The notes: a model not told the origin generated them from the letters alone. DNA of 59,968 nt from Thermoprotei archaeon (GCA_003649205.1 QMRC01000011.1:1-59968), one strand, 5' to 3'; positions 9,366 through 19,621 are shown, counted from the first letter of the stretch. Program-made: numbers and translations.

Positions 9366-10814
9366 ATGGTATCCAAAGTAGTAGCTTATATAGCTATAGC
9401 CGTAATAATAACAGCAATTGTCGTGGGTGTTGCCGTCTACTACCTAGTACCGAGACCAGCCCCACCAGCAGCACCGCCACCAGCTAAACCACCAGCAAAG
9501 CCAGCTCCACCAGCTAAGGAGTTAATAATCTACCACTGGTGGACAGCTGGTGGTGAGAGAGAGGCTATAGATGCAGTGTTCAAGATATTCAAGGAGAAGA
9601 TACCTGGTGTTAAGATTAGTGAGAACCCAATTGCTGGTGGTGCTGGTGCAGTAATGAAGCCAGTGATCTGGCAGTTGTTAGCAGCTGGTACACCACCAGA
9701 TACATTCCAGGTACACGCTGGTGGTGAGCTGAAAGAGTACGTTGATGCTGGTTATCTAGAACCTGTTGATGACGTATGGTCTGAGCTAGGTCTAGAGAAG
9801 GTAATACCAGGTACATTGCAGGCAATGTGCAAGTTCGGTGGACACTACTATGCAGTACCAATTAACGTACACAGAAGCAATGTACTATGGTATAACCCGA
9901 CAGTATTCAAGAAGCTAGGTATTATAGAGAAGTTCGGTGATCCAAGGACATGGGATCTCGAAACGCTACTAAAGGTTTGCAAGTACATTAAGGAGAATGC
10001 ACCGAAGGTACTAGGTAAGACAGTTTACCCAATTGCAGTAGCAACAAGACATAAGTGGCCACTAACACACCTCTTCGAGGTACTACTAGCACTTCACGGT
10101 GGTCCTGAAATCTACGTAAAGTTCTGGACAGGTAAGTTCAAGTACAAGGATCCAAAGGATCCAGTATGGAAAGCTGTTAGAGATGTACTGAGAGCAATCG
10201 GTATCATGGCTAAGGAAGGTTACTTCAACCCAGATCACCCAGAGCTAACGTGGGATCAGGCAGCAGCTAAGGTAATGAAGGGAGAGTGTGCAATGTACAT
10301 ACACGGTGACTGGGTTGCTGGTTACTACATGGCTGTAAAGGCTAAGTACGGTGAAGAGTGGAGTGCTGCACCATTCCCCAAGAAGATATTCGTCTGTCTA
10401 TCAGACTGCTTCAACCTACCAAAGAAGGCACCACACAGAGATATAGCTATTGAGTGGTTGCGAGTTGTCGGCTCTAAGGAAGCTCAGGAGAAGTTCAACG
10501 TTATCAAGGGTTCAATACCTGCTAGAGTTGATGTAAAGCCAAAGTACCCAGATCCATATAGACCAGAGACAGCTGAGGACTGGGTTAAGTCAACACTAGT
10601 ACCAAGTGCTGTACACGGTGGTCTATCAAAGGAAGCATTTGTAACTGCAATGCATGACATACTCACATACATGATATCATCGATCGAGATGGGTACTGAC
10701 GTAGATAAAGCTGTTGACTATGCAGTAACGCAGATTGCTGTAGCAATTGAGAGGACAGGTCTCGTTGACTTCTGGAAGGGATATACAATTGATTACTTCA
10801 TAACGAAGAGATAA
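9366..10814 (+). CDS. carbohydrate (glucose-type) ABC transporter substrate-binding protein
   Basis: N-terminal TM anchor, Pro-rich linker, IYHWWTAGGE, PPDTFQVHAG, NVHRSN, HGDW, KGSIPAR. Confidence 0.9.
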   Translation: MVSKVVAYIAIAVIITAIVVGVAVYYLVPRPAPPAAPPPAKPPAKPAPPAKELIIYHWWTAGGEREAIDAVFKIFKEKIPGVKISENPIAGGAGAVMKPVIWQLLAAGTPPDTFQVHAGGELKEYVDAGYLEPVDDVWSELGLEKVIPGTLQAMCKFGGHYYAVPINVHRSNVLWYNPTVFKKLGIIEKFGDPRTWDLETLLKVCKYIKENAPKVLGKTVYPIAVATRHKWPLTHLFEVLLALHGGPEIYVKFWTGKFKYKDPKDPVWKAVRDVLRAIGIMAKEGYFNPDHPELTWDQAAAKVMKGECAMYIHGDWVAGYYMAVKAKYGEEWSAAPFPKKIFVCLSDCFNLPKKAPHRDIAIEWLRVVGSKEAQEKFNVIKGSIPARVDVKPKYPDPYRPETAEDWVKSTLVPSAVHGGLSKEAFVTAMHDILTYMISSIEMGTDVDKAVDYAVTQIAVAIERTGLVDFWKGYTIDYFITKR

Positions 10815-10842
10815 AATAGAGTCAGAATAGCAAGAATGTGGT

Positions 10843-11718
10843 GTGAGTAGTATGAAGCTTTCGAAAATCAGGTATTTTTTGATATTCATGGGACCTATCC
10901 TCACAATTACCATCATATTTTACTTCATGATTGGTTGGTGTATCTACATATCGATGACTGATTGGAGAAGTGCTCGTGTATCTATGAAATTTGTTGGTCT
11001 AAGGAATTATTTTGATGTGGTTCAGTCAAGAGAGTTCTACGTATCGCTTATAAACAACATTCAATGGATCGCTCTCTTCATGTTACCCACAACCTTTCTA
11101 GGTCTCGTAATTGCCTACCTCATCATACTCACAGGTAAGGAAACCATATTTAGGACGATATTCCTGCTACCTACAGCTATTTCAATGGTGGTTGCTGGTA
11201 CTCTATGGGTTTGGATGTACGCTACAAACGGTGGTATAAATACTCTACTGAGGATGATAGGTCTGGGTTCACTAGCTAGACCATGGCTCTCTGATCCCAG
11301 GACTGCACTCTACGCACTTATCTTCGTAACCGTTTGGCAGTACCTTGGTTTCTCCATAATTGTGTTTGAGGCAGCTATCAAGGGTATTGATAGAACGCTC
11401 ATTGAAGCGGCGGTTGTTGATGGCGCATCAGGTTTTCAGGTATTTAGGTACGTGATACTACCACAGGTTAGACATGGTTTCCTCATAGCTGTACCACTAC
11501 TAGGTCTCTCAGCACTGAAGGTATTTGATGTTGTGTTCGTAGCTACTAGAGGTGGTCCCGGTATCTCAACTTACGTCCTAGCTTACTACATGTGGGTTAA
11601 GGCCTTCTGGTGGAGATTCATGGCTGATGGTGCGGCCATTGCCGTTATTCTACTTCTGCTCTCACTAGTACTCGTGATACCGTATGCAACCTACGCGCTT
11701 AGGAGGTGGTTTGGATGA
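10843..11718 (+). CDS. carbohydrate ABC transporter permease
   Basis: six TM helices, FVGLRNY, EAA loop EAAVVDGA. Confidence 0.9.
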   Translation: MSSMKLSKIRYFLIFMGPILTITIIFYFMIGWCIYISMTDWRSARVSMKFVGLRNYFDVVQSREFYVSLINNIQWIALFMLPTTFLGLVIAYLIILTGKETIFRTIFLLPTAISMVVAGTLWVWMYATNGGINTLLRMIGLGSLARPWLSDPRTALYALIFVTVWQYLGFSIIVFEAAIKGIDRTLIEAAVVDGASGFQVFRYVILPQVRHGFLIAVPLLGLSALKVFDVVFVATRGGPGISTYVLAYYMWVKAFWWRFMADGAAIAVILLLLSLVLVIPYATYALRRWFG

Positions 11719-12545
11719 GGCTTAGTATTAAGATGGCGATCGCGTACTTAGTACTGGTACTCATGAGTATCTTTTGGCTACTACCATTCTACATAGCGCT
11801 AGTGACATCACTCAAGACGCATAGAGAAACCTACGTGACGAACGTCCTTCAACCACCATCGCACATATACTTAGGTGCTTGGATAGAGGCTTGGAATAGG
11901 GTGTCAAGAGCCTTCTTTAACAGCATAGTAGTGTCGATATCGTCTACACTGCTATGTGTCCTAATTGGCTCACTCGGCGGTTACTACCTAGCTAGGTTCA
12001 GGTTTAGAGGAGCTAATGCACTCTTCTTCATGATTGCCGTTGGTGCGTTCATACCGTACTACGTACTCCTAATACCAATGACCAGGTTACTAGCTTCAAT
12101 AGGTCTCTTCGGAACGCTACCTGGATTAATCATAGCATACGTAATTCTCTTCAGTCCCTGGGCAGCGTTGATATCTTCAGCCTTCTTCCTAGCAATACCA
12201 AGGGACTTCGAGGAAGCCGCCTACGTAGATGGTGCATCACCACTTCAAGCGTTCTTCAGGGTTGTCCTACCTATAGCTCTACCTGGTATAGTGTCGACGA
12301 CGATAATCGTATTCATGAATATTTGGAATGAGTTTCTCTTTGCTGTATCACTGATAACAGATCCAACATATAGAACTATTCAACCAGAGATAGCTAATTT
12401 AAGAGGAACAACAACAGTTGCGTGGAATACCCTCATGGCGGGTTCACTGATTGGAGTACTACCACCAACGATAATCTGTCTCTTCCTCGGTAGGTACTTC
12501 ATAAGAGGGCTTCTAGCGGGTACACTAAGAGGAGCAGCTAGGTAG
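11715..12545 (+). CDS. carbohydrate ABC transporter permease
   Basis: EEAAYVDGA, WNEFLFA. Confidence 0.9.
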   Translation: MRLSIKMAIAYLVLVLMSIFWLLPFYIALVTSLKTHRETYVTNVLQPPSHIYLGAWIEAWNRVSRAFFNSIVVSISSTLLCVLIGSLGGYYLARFRFRGANALFFMIAVGAFIPYYVLLIPMTRLLASIGLFGTLPGLIIAYVILFSPWAALISSAFFLAIPRDFEEAAYVDGASPLQAFFRVVLPIALPGIVSTTIIVFMNIWNEFLFAVSLITDPTYRTIQPEIANLRGTTTVAWNTLMAGSLIGVLPPTIICLFLGRYFIRGLLAGTLRGAAR

Positions 12546-12706
12546 GTGTTCCGCGGCGTCTCGTGAACCACCCTCATCCACTCCATGAGGGAGCGTTGGG
12601 TGGCTCCACTAGTGGGCTCACCCCTAAAACATTTAATCTTAGCTTCGTTTTCCTGACGTTGCTTCCTGGATCGTTGTTTATATACCAGTTCGTTAATTCA
12701 TAAGTT

Positions 12707-12759
12707 GGTTGATGAATCCTTTAAGTCCTGAGTGATGATGATTCACCCCTTGCTGATTC
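12707..12759 (+). ncRNA. C/D-box sRNA, probable double guide for 16S rRNA
   Basis: C TTGATGA 12709, D' CTGA 12728, C' GTGATGA 12732, D CTGA 12753; guides TCCTTTAAGT and TTCACCCCTTG complement conserved 16S ACTTAAAGGA and CAAGGGGTGAA; TTTATATA box about 25 bp upstream. Confidence 0.85.
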
Positions 12760-12777
12760 CCTAATTCATAGAGGGGT

Positions 12778-12832
12778 ACTCAGTGGTGTAGCGTACATCA
12801 CCTATCAGACCGGTCCACCTACTATCATCGTA
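12778..12832 (-). ncRNA. probable C/D-box sRNA (possible tRNA guide)
   Basis: minus strand CGATGA..CTGA..GTGATGT..ACGCTACACCA-CTGA; TTTTTAA box about 30 bp upstream. Confidence 0.55.
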
Positions 12833-12877
12833 CCCTACGAGGTGATTCAGGTTGGGGATTAAAAAGTGCTCACGTAT

Positions 12878-13162
12878 TTACTGCTTCTTGTACACTATGT
12901 ATCTCCTAACCCTTTGACGGATCTCGACCTCAAATCCAGCAATTTCACCGGATTTAGCTAGGTCTCTAAGTACTTCAGGTAGGATATCCGATACCAGCTG
13001 TGATGTTACTTTAGTAGCTTTGAGGGATTTACGTAGTCTCTTAACTAATTTGTTGCAGGATAGGTACAGTACTTTACCACGACTAGTTCTCAACTCCTTA
13101 AGTACTGTAGCTAATACAGCTCTGTATATACCGCATTCAGAGCCGGTATCTACATTCTTCAT
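12878..13162 (-). CDS. small basic winged-helix-like protein
   Basis: 94 aa, helical with C-terminal beta hairpin (FEVEIRQRVRRYIVY). Confidence 0.55.
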   Translation of the reverse strand: MKNVDTGSECGIYRAVLATVLKELRTSRGKVLYLSCNKLVKRLRKSLKATKVTSQLVSDILPEVLRDLAKSGEIAGFEVEIRQRVRRYIVYKKQ

Positions 13163-13376
13163 GTTGTCACCAACTAGGTTACTAAGCGATGATCTTCAAA
13201 TATGTTTTGATAAATGTAAATGATATACTTTCTATTGATCTTGGTTAACAGTGTGTGTACGTCATGTATTCTTTACATAGTTGAGTAGTTGCTAGGTCTT
13301 GGTAGGTATGTACGTTACGTATATGTGATTACTTATTTCACCGTGTTTACTATGTTTAATCCCTAGGTGGTTTACT

Positions 13377-13718
13377 GTGGGTGGGAGAGGTGGTTTTATC
13401 AGGGTTGATGCCAGAACGTATGAGCTGTTAAAGAGGTTAGCTGCTGAGGAGGGTAAATTTATGTGTGAAATCGTGAGGGATGCACTTGATCTCTACATTG
13501 AGCGTAGGAAGTTGATTAGTGAGCTCTTATGTGTTTTAGCTGAGGTTAAGAGTACTCTAGGTCATTTAGTTGAGAGAGTTGATGAGTTATCTAGGGACGT
13601 TGATGATGTGCGTGCTGTACTTAGAGACCTTGTTACGGTCTTGTGTGAACGTGATGAGAATAAGTGCATCAGGTACTTACCGCAGTTATCACCTAATGTA
13701 GAACGTAAGGTAGATTAA
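13377..13718 (+). CDS. ribbon-helix-helix (CopG-like) protein with coiled coil
   Basis: FIRVDARTYELLKRLAAEEGKFMCEIVRDALDLY RHH pattern. Confidence 0.75.
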   Translation: MGGRGGFIRVDARTYELLKRLAAEEGKFMCEIVRDALDLYIERRKLISELLCVLAEVKSTLGHLVERVDELSRDVDDVRAVLRDLVTVLCERDENKCIRYLPQLSPNVERKVD

Positions 13719-13742
13719 TTGGTTTTGCTTTGGGGAACTTAG

Positions 13743-14897
13743 GTGTTTGATGTGAGGACTCAGTACTATGCCCTTACCATTATTGCTCTCGTAATTTCTA
13801 TAATTGTGTTGATTTTCTCTATCGCTATGTGGATTCACATTGGTTATCTCTATAGGGCTCTCGGTACTGAGGTTATTGAGTTGAAGAGCAGAGTTTCTGA
13901 TTTTGAACGTGCTTTACGTGAAGTGAGGAGTGAGGTTCTGGACTTGAGGAGTAATGTTACTGCGGTAAGTCATAGGCTCTCTGTACTTAGGAATGATCTA
14001 GAGTTTCTTGCTAGTAACGTATCTTCTCTAAGTACTTCAATCTCTAATGTAGAAGCTAAGTTGCTGAACGTTTCTGTAGTTGTCTCGAGAGTTAGTCGAG
14101 CAGTGAAATTGGTTGAGAAAATTGGTGAGGATATTGACAATCTACTTAGGTTACTAGATAACATAAATGATACCCTGAGTAAGATTTCTGAGACTTTGTA
14201 TGGTAGGGCATATGGTGAGTACACTATCTTTAAGTATGAACCTAGTGAAGTGGTTAAGGAGTTTGTCAGCAAGGTCGTTGAGGGTCGTGATATCGAGCTT
14301 GATCTACAGATGCTCTGTACCAAGATTAGTGAGGAGATTAGCTATAGGAGAGATCCCTCAGTTAGTGGGTATATTAAGCCAAGTACCTACGTAGTAATTA
14401 ATGGTCTTCGCTTCTACTTCTGGAAGTTCATTGAGAACGGTAGGGAGACATTTAGAACACCAACTGAGACCTTGAAGCTCGGTTACGGAGATTGCGACGA
14501 TCACGCAAACCTCTATCTAATATGTGTTGATTATTACCTAACTAAGCGTGGTGTTGATCATAGATTTGCTAGTGTTGGATTGAAGATCATAGATACGAGG
14601 GGGAGAGTTCTCGGTCACATGATTTGTGTTGGTTGGTGTAAGTTAGGTAACGTAACTAAGTGGTTCATAGTTGATCCCACGATAGGTGTGTTCATGTCCA
14701 GTACAGACTATTGGTCTTTAGTCAATAAATTTAAGGAATTCGTCAAGAAGGAGTTAAGAGTCGATTCAGTGCCTATATTTGATCTGTACCCAGTGTACGT
14801 ACTCACTACGTGTAGTAGTAAGTACATTAAGTCACAGTACGATGATGCGTGGAGGGAACTCGAGAGATTACTTACATGGGGAACTCCTCCTCCCTAG
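13743..14897 (+). CDS. membrane-anchored coiled-coil protein with transglutaminase-like domain
   Basis: N-terminal TM, heptad repeats, TPTETLKLGYGDCDDHA (Cys), GHM (His), IVDPT (Asp). Confidence 0.8.
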   Translation: MFDVRTQYYALTIIALVISIIVLIFSIAMWIHIGYLYRALGTEVIELKSRVSDFERALREVRSEVLDLRSNVTAVSHRLSVLRNDLEFLASNVSSLSTSISNVEAKLLNVSVVVSRVSRAVKLVEKIGEDIDNLLRLLDNINDTLSKISETLYGRAYGEYTIFKYEPSEVVKEFVSKVVEGRDIELDLQMLCTKISEEISYRRDPSVSGYIKPSTYVVINGLRFYFWKFIENGRETFRTPTETLKLGYGDCDDHANLYLICVDYYLTKRGVDHRFASVGLKIIDTRGRVLGHMICVGWCKLGNVTKWFIVDPTIGVFMSSTDYWSLVNKFKEFVKKELRVDSVPIFDLYPVYVLTTCSSKYIKSQYDDAWRELERLLTWGTPPP

Positions 14898-14978
14898 AGC
14901 TAGGATGATCCAGTACCTCCACGTACATCACTATGACTTAGTCAAAAATCAAATAAGGTACCTACCACGATTACAGGT

Positions 14979-15992
14979 ATGGGTGATGGTGTGAAGACTC
15001 TTCTCTTAACAGCGAGAGAGGTAAGGGAGTTAATATCCATGGAGGATGTCATTAAGGTTGTTGAGGAGGCATTTAGAGAGAAGGGATTGAAGAGGGTACA
15101 GATGCCACCTAAGGTGTACCTATTCTTTAGGAAGTACGGTGGTGACTTAAGAGCTATGCCAGCTTACCTAGAGACTATGGACGCAGCTGGTGTCAAGGTA
15201 GTTAATGTACATCCCAACAATCCAGATAAGTATGGCCTACCGACAGTCATGGCTACGATAGTGCTTATTGATCCGAGAACCGGGTTTCCACTAGCTATAA
15301 TGGATGGGACCTACATAACTAATCTGAGGACCGGTGCTGCAGGTGCCATAGCTAGTAAGTACCTAGCTAGAGGAGACTCGAAGGTATTGGGTATAATTGG
15401 TGCTGGTAGGCAAGGTAGAGCACTTCTCAAGGCACACTTAGTCGCTATGAAGAATTTGGAGAGAGTTCTCGTGTATGACATTAAGAGGGAAGCTATTGAG
15501 AGGTTTGTTAAGGAGTTTAGGAGTGAGTTAGGTAGTGTAGAGATTGTGGTCTGTAACTCGGCAAGGGAAGTAGTTGAGAACTCAGATATCGTATGTACTG
15601 CTACACCCTCTACAAAGCCGATAGTCATGAGGGAGTGGGTACGGAGAGGTACTCACTTCAACTGTATTGGCGCTGATGCACCTGGTAAGCAGGAGCTTGA
15701 TCCTGAGATACTGAAGATGGCTAAGGTGGTTGTCGATGATATTGAGCAAGCGCTTCACAGTGGTGAACTAAATGTGCCCTATAGGCTAGGTATTGTTGGG
15801 AGAGAGGTAGTGTACGCGGAGTTGGGTGAGGTAGTTGCTGGTTTGAAACCCGGTCGAGTATCGAGATATGAAGTTACTGTATTCACGTCAACTGGCTTAG
15901 CTATTCAAGACGTTGCTGTAGCTAAGTTAGTGTATGAGAGAGCACGTGAGAGAGGACTAGGTACGGAAGTAAGCTTGGTACTTCATGACTAG
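14979..15992 (+). CDS. ala: alanine dehydrogenase (ornithine cyclodeaminase/mu-crystallin family)
   Basis: MPPKVYL, RAMPAY, GVKVVNVHPNN, LRTGAAG, GIIGAGRQG, GADAPGKQE, STGLAIQD. Confidence 0.9.
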   Translation: MGDGVKTLLLTAREVRELISMEDVIKVVEEAFREKGLKRVQMPPKVYLFFRKYGGDLRAMPAYLETMDAAGVKVVNVHPNNPDKYGLPTVMATIVLIDPRTGFPLAIMDGTYITNLRTGAAGAIASKYLARGDSKVLGIIGAGRQGRALLKAHLVAMKNLERVLVYDIKREAIERFVKEFRSELGSVEIVVCNSAREVVENSDIVCTATPSTKPIVMREWVRRGTHFNCIGADAPGKQELDPEILKMAKVVVDDIEQALHSGELNVPYRLGIVGREVVYAELGEVVAGLKPGRVSRYEVTVFTSTGLAIQDVAVAKLVYERARERGLGTEVSLVLHD

Positions 15993-16687
15993 GGGGAGAT
16001 ACCTAGAGAGAGGATCTTAGGTATCAGCAGCACAATAGTAGATGTTATAGGTATAAGCATGTTATCATCAATTGGACCAAGTTCAAATCTCTCAGCAAGA
16101 GTCGCTACTACAGCAGCTAAAACCCCTACTGAACCAGCGTAGAGAAAACCAAGGGGAATCGATACTGTAGCCATAGCAATGTTACCAATCCAATGCTTAG
16201 TCCTTCTCCTAAATACTGCGTTCCTAACAATACCTGTAACTGCATCACCAAAGGATATGAAAAGTAGAGGTAGAATTGCTGGGTAGGGGGAACCTAGTAC
16301 ATACCAGAGAATGAAGAGAAATAGACCCCAAGCAATGCAGAAGTTTACTTCATACATGTTGTCAGGTACTTGAAACCAGTACATTAACTTACCTGTTCTG
16401 TGCGGTATGTAGTTCAGGATAGCAAGTACGAGAGCAGAGACTAGCGGTATTAGAGGGGATGAGAAGAGGTGAGGTACGAGAATAGCAACTACACCACCTG
16501 CACACATGTGAATTACCTTCCTACAGTAGTACACAGCAACGTTATGCGGTGTTGATCTTCTCCTCATACGATCATAGAGGAGCCTAGTACCGTACACTAC
16601 AGCAATTACGTAGATAAATAGTATACAACCCGTAATGACTTCATTTATGGGATCTCTAGGAAGAAGAGTATGAGTGAGAGAGAACAT
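15989..16687 (-). CDS. dolichol/phytol kinase-like membrane protein
   Basis: RKVIHM, SFGDAVTGIV, TKHWIG, IDDN; multi-TM. Confidence 0.8.
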   Translation of the reverse strand: MFSLTHTLLPRDPINEVITGCILFIYVIAVVYGTRLLYDRMRRRSTPHNVAVYYCRKVIHMCAGGVVAILVPHLFSSPLIPLVSALVLAILNYIPHRTGKLMYWFQVPDNMYEVNFCIAWGLFLFILWYVLGSPYPAILPLLFISFGDAVTGIVRNAVFRRRTKHWIGNIAMATVSIPLGFLYAGSVGVLAAVVATLAERFELGPIDDNMLIPITSTIVLLIPKILSLGISP

Positions 16688-16820
16688 AGCGGAAGAACCC
16701 TCAACCTTTACAATACATTTGCGGAATATATAAGTTCAACATGAGTACGGTACATGCTCGTCAATAGACGGTGCGTAATGGAGTAAGGTAAGTGAACCCC
16801 CTCAGCAGTAACTACCTCTG

Positions 16821-16873
16821 AAGTGATGAGATTGGCCGCTGCAGAGAAGTGAAGAGAACCTCGTCTCCTGACA
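16821..16873 (+). ncRNA. C/D-box sRNA
   Basis: C GTGATGA 16823, 12-nt guide, D' CAGA, C' GTGAAGA, 12-nt guide, D CTGA 16868; canonical spacing. Confidence 0.75.
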
Positions 16874-17842
16874 TCACTCAAGTACTAGAACTCTAGCACC
16901 TCTAGAAGGTCTTGTAACTACGTACTCAGCCTCAACACCAACCTCTCTAAATCCCTCACACATAGCTTCCCCAACTACCTCTGGATTAACTTTATTCAGG
17001 TTAACTACAGCAAGCATTGTTGGTCCAGCACCACTAATAGCTACACCAGATGCACCTGCTTCAAGTGCTCGCTTCCTAACATTGTGGTAACCTGGAATCA
17101 ACTTAGCTCTAGCTGGCTCAACTACAGCATCGTCCATACCCCTACCTATGAGATCTACGTTCTTGAGAGCAAAGCCAAGTGCTACGTACACTGCATGACC
17201 TACGTTATGCACTAGCTTACTTAGCTCGATGGACTTAGGTAGTACTTCCCTAGCGAACTTAGTCTTCTCCTTAGGTACAGGTATCTTCGGTATAGCGAGG
17301 ACAATACCTAGGTTCGATGGTGGTTCAAGAGATATCACATCTAGAGGTCTATAACTTCGAATAACTGTGAAGCCACCGAGTATTGAGGGAGCAACGTTAT
17401 CAGCATGTGGATGACCAGCAGCCACAGCCTCACCTCTAGCAGCGTACTCTACAAGCTTTACTGGAGGTAGATCTAGCTGTAGAAGTTTTGCTACTGCGAC
17501 GACAGCAGCTGCAGCACTTGAACCACTACTACCCAAACCACATCTCGGTCTAACACCCTTCCATAACTTAAGCCTTAGACCAACGTCTATACCCAATTCC
17601 CGTAGTACCTCACTAACAGCGACCGCTGCAGTATTCCTACTAGCATCTGCAGGAACCTCCGATGCGTAAGGTCCATCGACTTGAACCTCAATTACACCAC
17701 CTGAATCAGAAATTACCTCGAGCTCTACTCTGTCATATGCTACATCCAGCGCCAAACCAAAGACATCAAATCCAGGACCTAGATTAGCTGTTGTTGCTGG
17801 AGCTTCAACCACACATCTCCTAAACCTAGCTCGCGCACACAT
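16874..17842 (-). CDS. thrB: homoserine kinase
   Basis: PATTANLGPGFD, GHMP motif PRCGLGSSGSS, HADNVAP, ISGAGPT. Confidence 0.95.
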   Translation of the reverse strand: MCARARFRRCVVEAPATTANLGPGFDVFGLALDVAYDRVELEVISDSGGVIEVQVDGPYASEVPADASRNTAAVAVSEVLRELGIDVGLRLKLWKGVRPRCGLGSSGSSAAAAVVAVAKLLQLDLPPVKLVEYAARGEAVAAGHPHADNVAPSILGGFTVIRSYRPLDVISLEPPSNLGIVLAIPKIPVPKEKTKFAREVLPKSIELSKLVHNVGHAVYVALGFALKNVDLIGRGMDDAVVEPARAKLIPGYHNVRKRALEAGASGVAISGAGPTMLAVVNLNKVNPEVVGEAMCEGFREVGVEAEYVVTRPSRGARVLVLE

Positions 17843-17846
17843 AAAA

Positions 17847-18506
17847 TCACTCCTCAACAATAGCGAAAGCCCTAACTGGAGACGCAGTACCACCAACGAT
17901 TTTTAGAGGTACACCAAAGAACTTACACCTCCTACCACAGAGAACCTCGAGATTCACCAAATTCTCGTACACAACAACTCCATTACTCAGCAGTATCTTA
18001 TGCACTGGAAACTCTATAGATTCTGGATGATCTATACTAGGTGCATCAATACCAACAGCCTTAACACCGAGCTCAACTAAGTATTTAGCGCAATCAGCAT
18101 CAGGAGCAGGATGTGAAGTCAAGTACTCTGGAGACCCAACTCTCCTAGACCAACCAGTACAGAAGAGAACAATCCAGTCTCTAAGTGATGTAATACCGTA
18201 CCTCTTCAATAGCTCTTCAACATCTCTCTTAGTGATGTACTCCTTAACACCCTTATACCTCACATCGAGTACAATACAGTCACCGAAGAACTTACCCAGA
18301 TCAAGCTTCTCAATTGTTGCTCCACCATGTATGAAGTGTGCTGGTGCATCAACGTGAGTACCCGTATGCTCAACCATTAGGAGTAAGTTCGATGAGAAGC
18401 CATGTAATTCCAATCTCGTCCATGAGCGAATAGTCGGTGGTACGTAGAGTGGGAAGACTTGCATCCCATCACGAATCTCGAGCGTTAAATCAACTACCTT
18501 AACCAT
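17847..18506 (-). CDS. cyclase family / kynurenine formamidase-like metal hydrolase
   Basis: HTGTHVDAPAH, GIDAPSID, H..L, ENL, ASPVRA. Confidence 0.9.
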   Translation of the reverse strand: MVKVVDLTLEIRDGMQVFPLYVPPTIRSWTRLELHGFSSNLLLMVEHTGTHVDAPAHFIHGGATIEKLDLGKFFGDCIVLDVRYKGVKEYITKRDVEELLKRYGITSLRDWIVLFCTGWSRRVGSPEYLTSHPAPDADCAKYLVELGVKAVGIDAPSIDHPESIEFPVHKILLSNGVVVYENLVNLEVLCGRRCKFFGVPLKIVGGTASPVRAFAIVEE

Positions 18507-18727
18507 GAATACACCCCCTAGCTAGCTATGACCAACGATAACAATTATTAAAACTCTCTCTCAATAGAGCGATTACTATCAGTAATCAGACACGTAGACC
18601 AGGGGTAGTGACTTCATGGGGTAGCTCACAGCAATAGCATGAGTACACTAACTGTTTACTGTAGTCAATAGAAAGTGTACTCAAAACTAAATCAATTAAA
18701 TACTTCATTAAGCTTCATTCCAGTGAG

Positions 18728-19621
18728 GTGTTGAAATTGCGTGCCCGAGATAGGTTACTTCTAATGCTCTCTACCATACTATCGACATTGCTAGTCATCT
18801 CATGTGTTGTAGCATACGTACTGGGTGTAGAGGTTAGCTACTGGAGGATTGTAACTATTCTAGGTGATGAGGTATTTTACGTAGGTGTTCTACCACTGAT
18901 CTACCACGGTATCGACAGGGTGTTAGGTATTGAGCTCATGGTACTCATATCGACAACTGTGTGGTTGGGGGGTACATTGAAGAATGTACTAAAGTTACCG
19001 AGACCACCAAGAGCACAGTGGTTAGTCGAAGCATCTGGATATGCCTTTCCTAGTGGTCATGCCTTAGGGTCAACTACGTTCTGGGGTTACGTAGCTTTGA
19101 GATGTAGGTCACTAGTACCTCTAGCTATAGTGCTCATATCTCTCATCTCCTACTCCAGAATCGTACTGAGAGTACACTATCTGAGAGATGTAGTTGGTGG
19201 TGTAGCTATTGGAGCTACAGTACTAATCCTCGCAACGGTACTGAAGAAGTTCATTGAGAGACAGGTAGAGATTAGGAAGCTAGTGATCACACTACTCTCA
19301 GCATTGATACTCCTAACAATATCATACATCTTGGGTACGCTAGACAACATAGCATACACAGCCACTGGTGTACTAATTGGCGGAGCTACAGGACACATAC
19401 TACTCCAGAAAACAGTTAACACACGTAAACTCAGTAACGTAGAGAGAATCACTGGTTCAGTACTAGGTCTCCTAGTTGGATACATAGGTTACAAACTCTC
19501 CAACTACCTACCAGAGAACTACCTACTACTACCACACTACACAGCAGTAACCTTCACAATGATCTACGGAGTAGGGTACGTAGCCAGTAAATTGACGAAG
19601 TATCTGGAGATCAGCCGATAG
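18728..19621 (+). CDS. PAP2-family membrane phosphatase
   Basis: K..LPRP, FPSGHA, SRIVLRVHYLRDV. Confidence 0.9.
   Translation: MLKLRARDRLLLMLSTILSTLLVISCVVAYVLGVEVSYWRIVTILGDEVFYVGVLPLIYHGIDRVLGIELMVLISTTVWLGGTLKNVLKLPRPPRAQWLVEASGYAFPSGHALGSTTFWGYVALRCRSLVPLAIVLISLISYSRIVLRVHYLRDVVGGVAIGATVLILATVLKKFIERQVEIRKLVITLLSALILLTISYILGTLDNIAYTATGVLIGGATGHILLQKTVNTRKLSNVERITGSVLGLLVGYIGYKLSNYLPENYLLLPHYTAVTFTMIYGVGYVASKLTKYLEISR

Noticed and set aside
9366-12545. ABC operon lacking an ATPase gene
   Set aside because: Sugar ABC systems often share an ATPase encoded elsewhere
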